Positions 61,779-64,000 of a stretch of DNA of 64,000 bases are shown piece after piece; position 1 is the first letter of the stretch, and every line of letters begins with the position of its first letter. The notes beneath the pieces are model-generated. The model was not told the origin of the DNA, searched no databases, and saw only the letters and a list, made by a program, of their open reading frames with translations. A program made the translations under genes and the position numbers. The stretch comes from Chara braunii (lineage: Eukaryota; Plantae; Charophyceae), in the NCBI GenBank assembly GCA_003427395.1, contig BFEA01000037.1:1653821-1717820 (forward strand). The letters run 5' to 3'.

Positions 61779-64000
61779 GCGCAGCACCTCAATTTCTTCG
61801 TCCTTGCAATTCTCTAAGGCAGGCAGTGGTGCACATCACAATGCCATTATCAGTGCCATAACTAAACATGCTGTGCGATAGCCACTTGAAGAGGAAGCAG
61901 AGCACACACCGCAGGTGGCAGGAGGATTTCAGCTATGAATTTTCAGGGCATTCCTATCACGCATATCAAAAGTCTGTCAAAAGTATTGTCGAGAAAGCCT
62001 GAGCTTTGTGGGCAACTAACGTACTGACAGGACGACTGCTTCGCAATGTGCACACCATGAGAAGAGCAACAGAGAGCCTCCACAGGATAGTGTGACCTTG
62101 GACATCTCCCATCGTTGCCGTACCGACATGACTAAGCATACCAGGTGCACACTCCCTCACAAAACTGATGTGTTGTACCGAAACTGTTTTCCTTCACCTA
62201 ACAAAGGAAAAACCTCGACTCTACATGTGGTTTCACAGGTCTGGCTCCGACCTCAACTGGCAGATGCAGATCTCAACACTGCTGCTCTCCTCAAATACGA
62301 AGTGTTAAATTGTTAGTACCCTTTAACCTAGGATCTACCATTTGCTCGCTCCAGGTTGCTTTCGAGGACTCCTCTGTGCAATCACCATGAAATGGAAATG
62401 TGCAGGCAAGCACTACTGCACTGCTATTCCTGATTTGACTGAAACGGGTGCATGATTGTTGTGGGAGAGGTGGTCAGAAGGACAATATTGCTAGAATGTA
62501 CACTAACAACAATCCCAAACATTTCTCCAATGCTTCTTCATCCCTGTCTGAGATTGCACGCTGCAACTATTTCCCTCTAGTGGTGCTTGACACGAACTAA
62601 GCAGACATACACTAACAGCATCCCACACATTTTCTAACAGCTGGTTTCTCTTTGAAACTGCATACCAACTAATTCCCTCACAGGACATTGAACCATGATT
62701 AGGGCATTGACTATATCATGTCCCTCTGTGCATGTCAACGCTGGTGACATGATCAGTGCTTTGCTTTGCGTTGTTAGTGGTAGACACAACATGTTCACCC
62801 TCCTCCGTTGCAGTCATCCTCAATGGTTCTCTCGATGTGGCAACAAGTCACATGAGCTTCACAGATTAGGTGCACGTACGGTCCTTGCTGTGACATGAAT
62901 GAAACAACCTCGAGCTCGTATCAAACGGTTACGACCATCCTCCTGCACTGGCCTACCAATCAGAAAATGCTACCCTTAACATTAGTAGTATACAAACATT
63001 CCCCCTTAGAAAAAAATAGGAGAACCTTGAGAAGGGAGAATTTCCTTCTGGTGTCACCCATCCTCCCATGGAATGATGACACAATGGCATTTTTACTGAC
63101 ATTAACCCTGTTTTGCCTTACGCATTGCCTCAGTGACAGAAATCATCACCGCCCTCCTTTAGCAGGCCAACGACAAATCCATGGCAAACAGAATTCACAA
63201 TCAACCCAGGTCAGCATTTCTCATTGATTGCTGCTTTCAGTGAAGGAGTAGAGCATGCCTTGCACTAGTCTGTAAGCTCTATGGAGCCTCTGCACTACTT
63301 GGAACTCGTCACACCTGATCCAGCACAAAAGCTAAATTAGGACATGAGGTTTAGTTCTCTGATTGCCTAACAGTAATGGGGAGACGAACGTGAAGACGAA
63401 CGTAAGCGACCTTGGTAACGAGTTGAGCAGATTGACTTTGCCATCAGAACAGCAATTCATTGACAGGCCGCCGTGCTCACTTGTCTATCACCCGAATGAG
63501 TTCAGCAGCTCGCTGATCTTTACCACGATCACTCTCGACCCAGGAAGGCAGTAAGGAATGAGGATGGAAGGTCATCAATGTGATGACATCTTGTTTGTCC
63601 CCAGTTATGTGGTCTGTTTGTTGGTGAGCTATGCGAGCAAGTCCCCCTGTCGGTTGAGATTTTGAGGTCTGTAACCATACCTGCAGCACAGAGCAATTAT
63701 TGCCAATTGTGTTTGCCAGCGACTCTCCTTCAGTTGAGATTTTGAGATCAACCCTTGCGAAGATGTATTCGAAGATTTTGTTGCACAAATGCTGCAGTAA
63801 GTCCATGGACTGTTTCAAGGATCATTATCGTGAGCGCTGCAGGCAAGAAGTTGAAGCAGCAGAGGAACGCACAGATATGCTCATAGGCTATCAGATTGGA
63901 GGTCACACCCTTGCCCATGTGCTCTCCACATCCACTCCCAGTACTTGTTTAGCATGTGATCATCCGGTCGCACATCTTTCCACCTCCCTTCACAGAACAT

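Noticed and set aside
49400-64000. Host protein-coding gene exons
   Set aside because: Only short ORFs without recognisable motifs, many from microsatellites; scattered splice-like signals do not give a supportable model. Small exons in long introns cannot be excluded without RNA-seq.

Overview
Repeat-dense eukaryotic nuclear DNA from a draft assembly with N gaps and two untrimmed Nextera mate-pair adapters. The retroelement style, the TTTAGGG repeats and a psbC fragment suggest a streptophyte alga such as Chara; this is inference only. No intact host gene could be supported. The first 41 kb are three members of one diverged family of giant-LTR Ty3/Gypsy-like elements. Element A (+, 731 to ~29235) has a 9.0-kb 5' LTR, a tRNA-Asp-type PBS, gag-PR, pol and an extra gag-like ORF after integrase. 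B is a 10.6-kb solo LTR (-, 11154-21734, TSD CCGC) that splits A's gag. Element C (-, ~29236 to ~40850) carries tRNA-Asp-like units, a psbC fragment and a U6 snRNA half in its 3' region. The three LTRs share a terminal hairpin and a ~430-nt covarying structured U5 region. A and C also share a hairpin that folds over the PBS and a +1 frame change at TTT-TAG between protease and RT. Further right are a conventional Gypsy gag-pol remnant and an L1/Tx1-type LINE ORF2. The LINE endonuclease is interrupted by a ~305-bp element carrying a perfect-core hammerhead ribozyme whose stem I is only the palindrome TGGCCA, so it probably works as a dimer. The rest is a short LTR with a Met-type PBS, tandem repeats and microsatellites.
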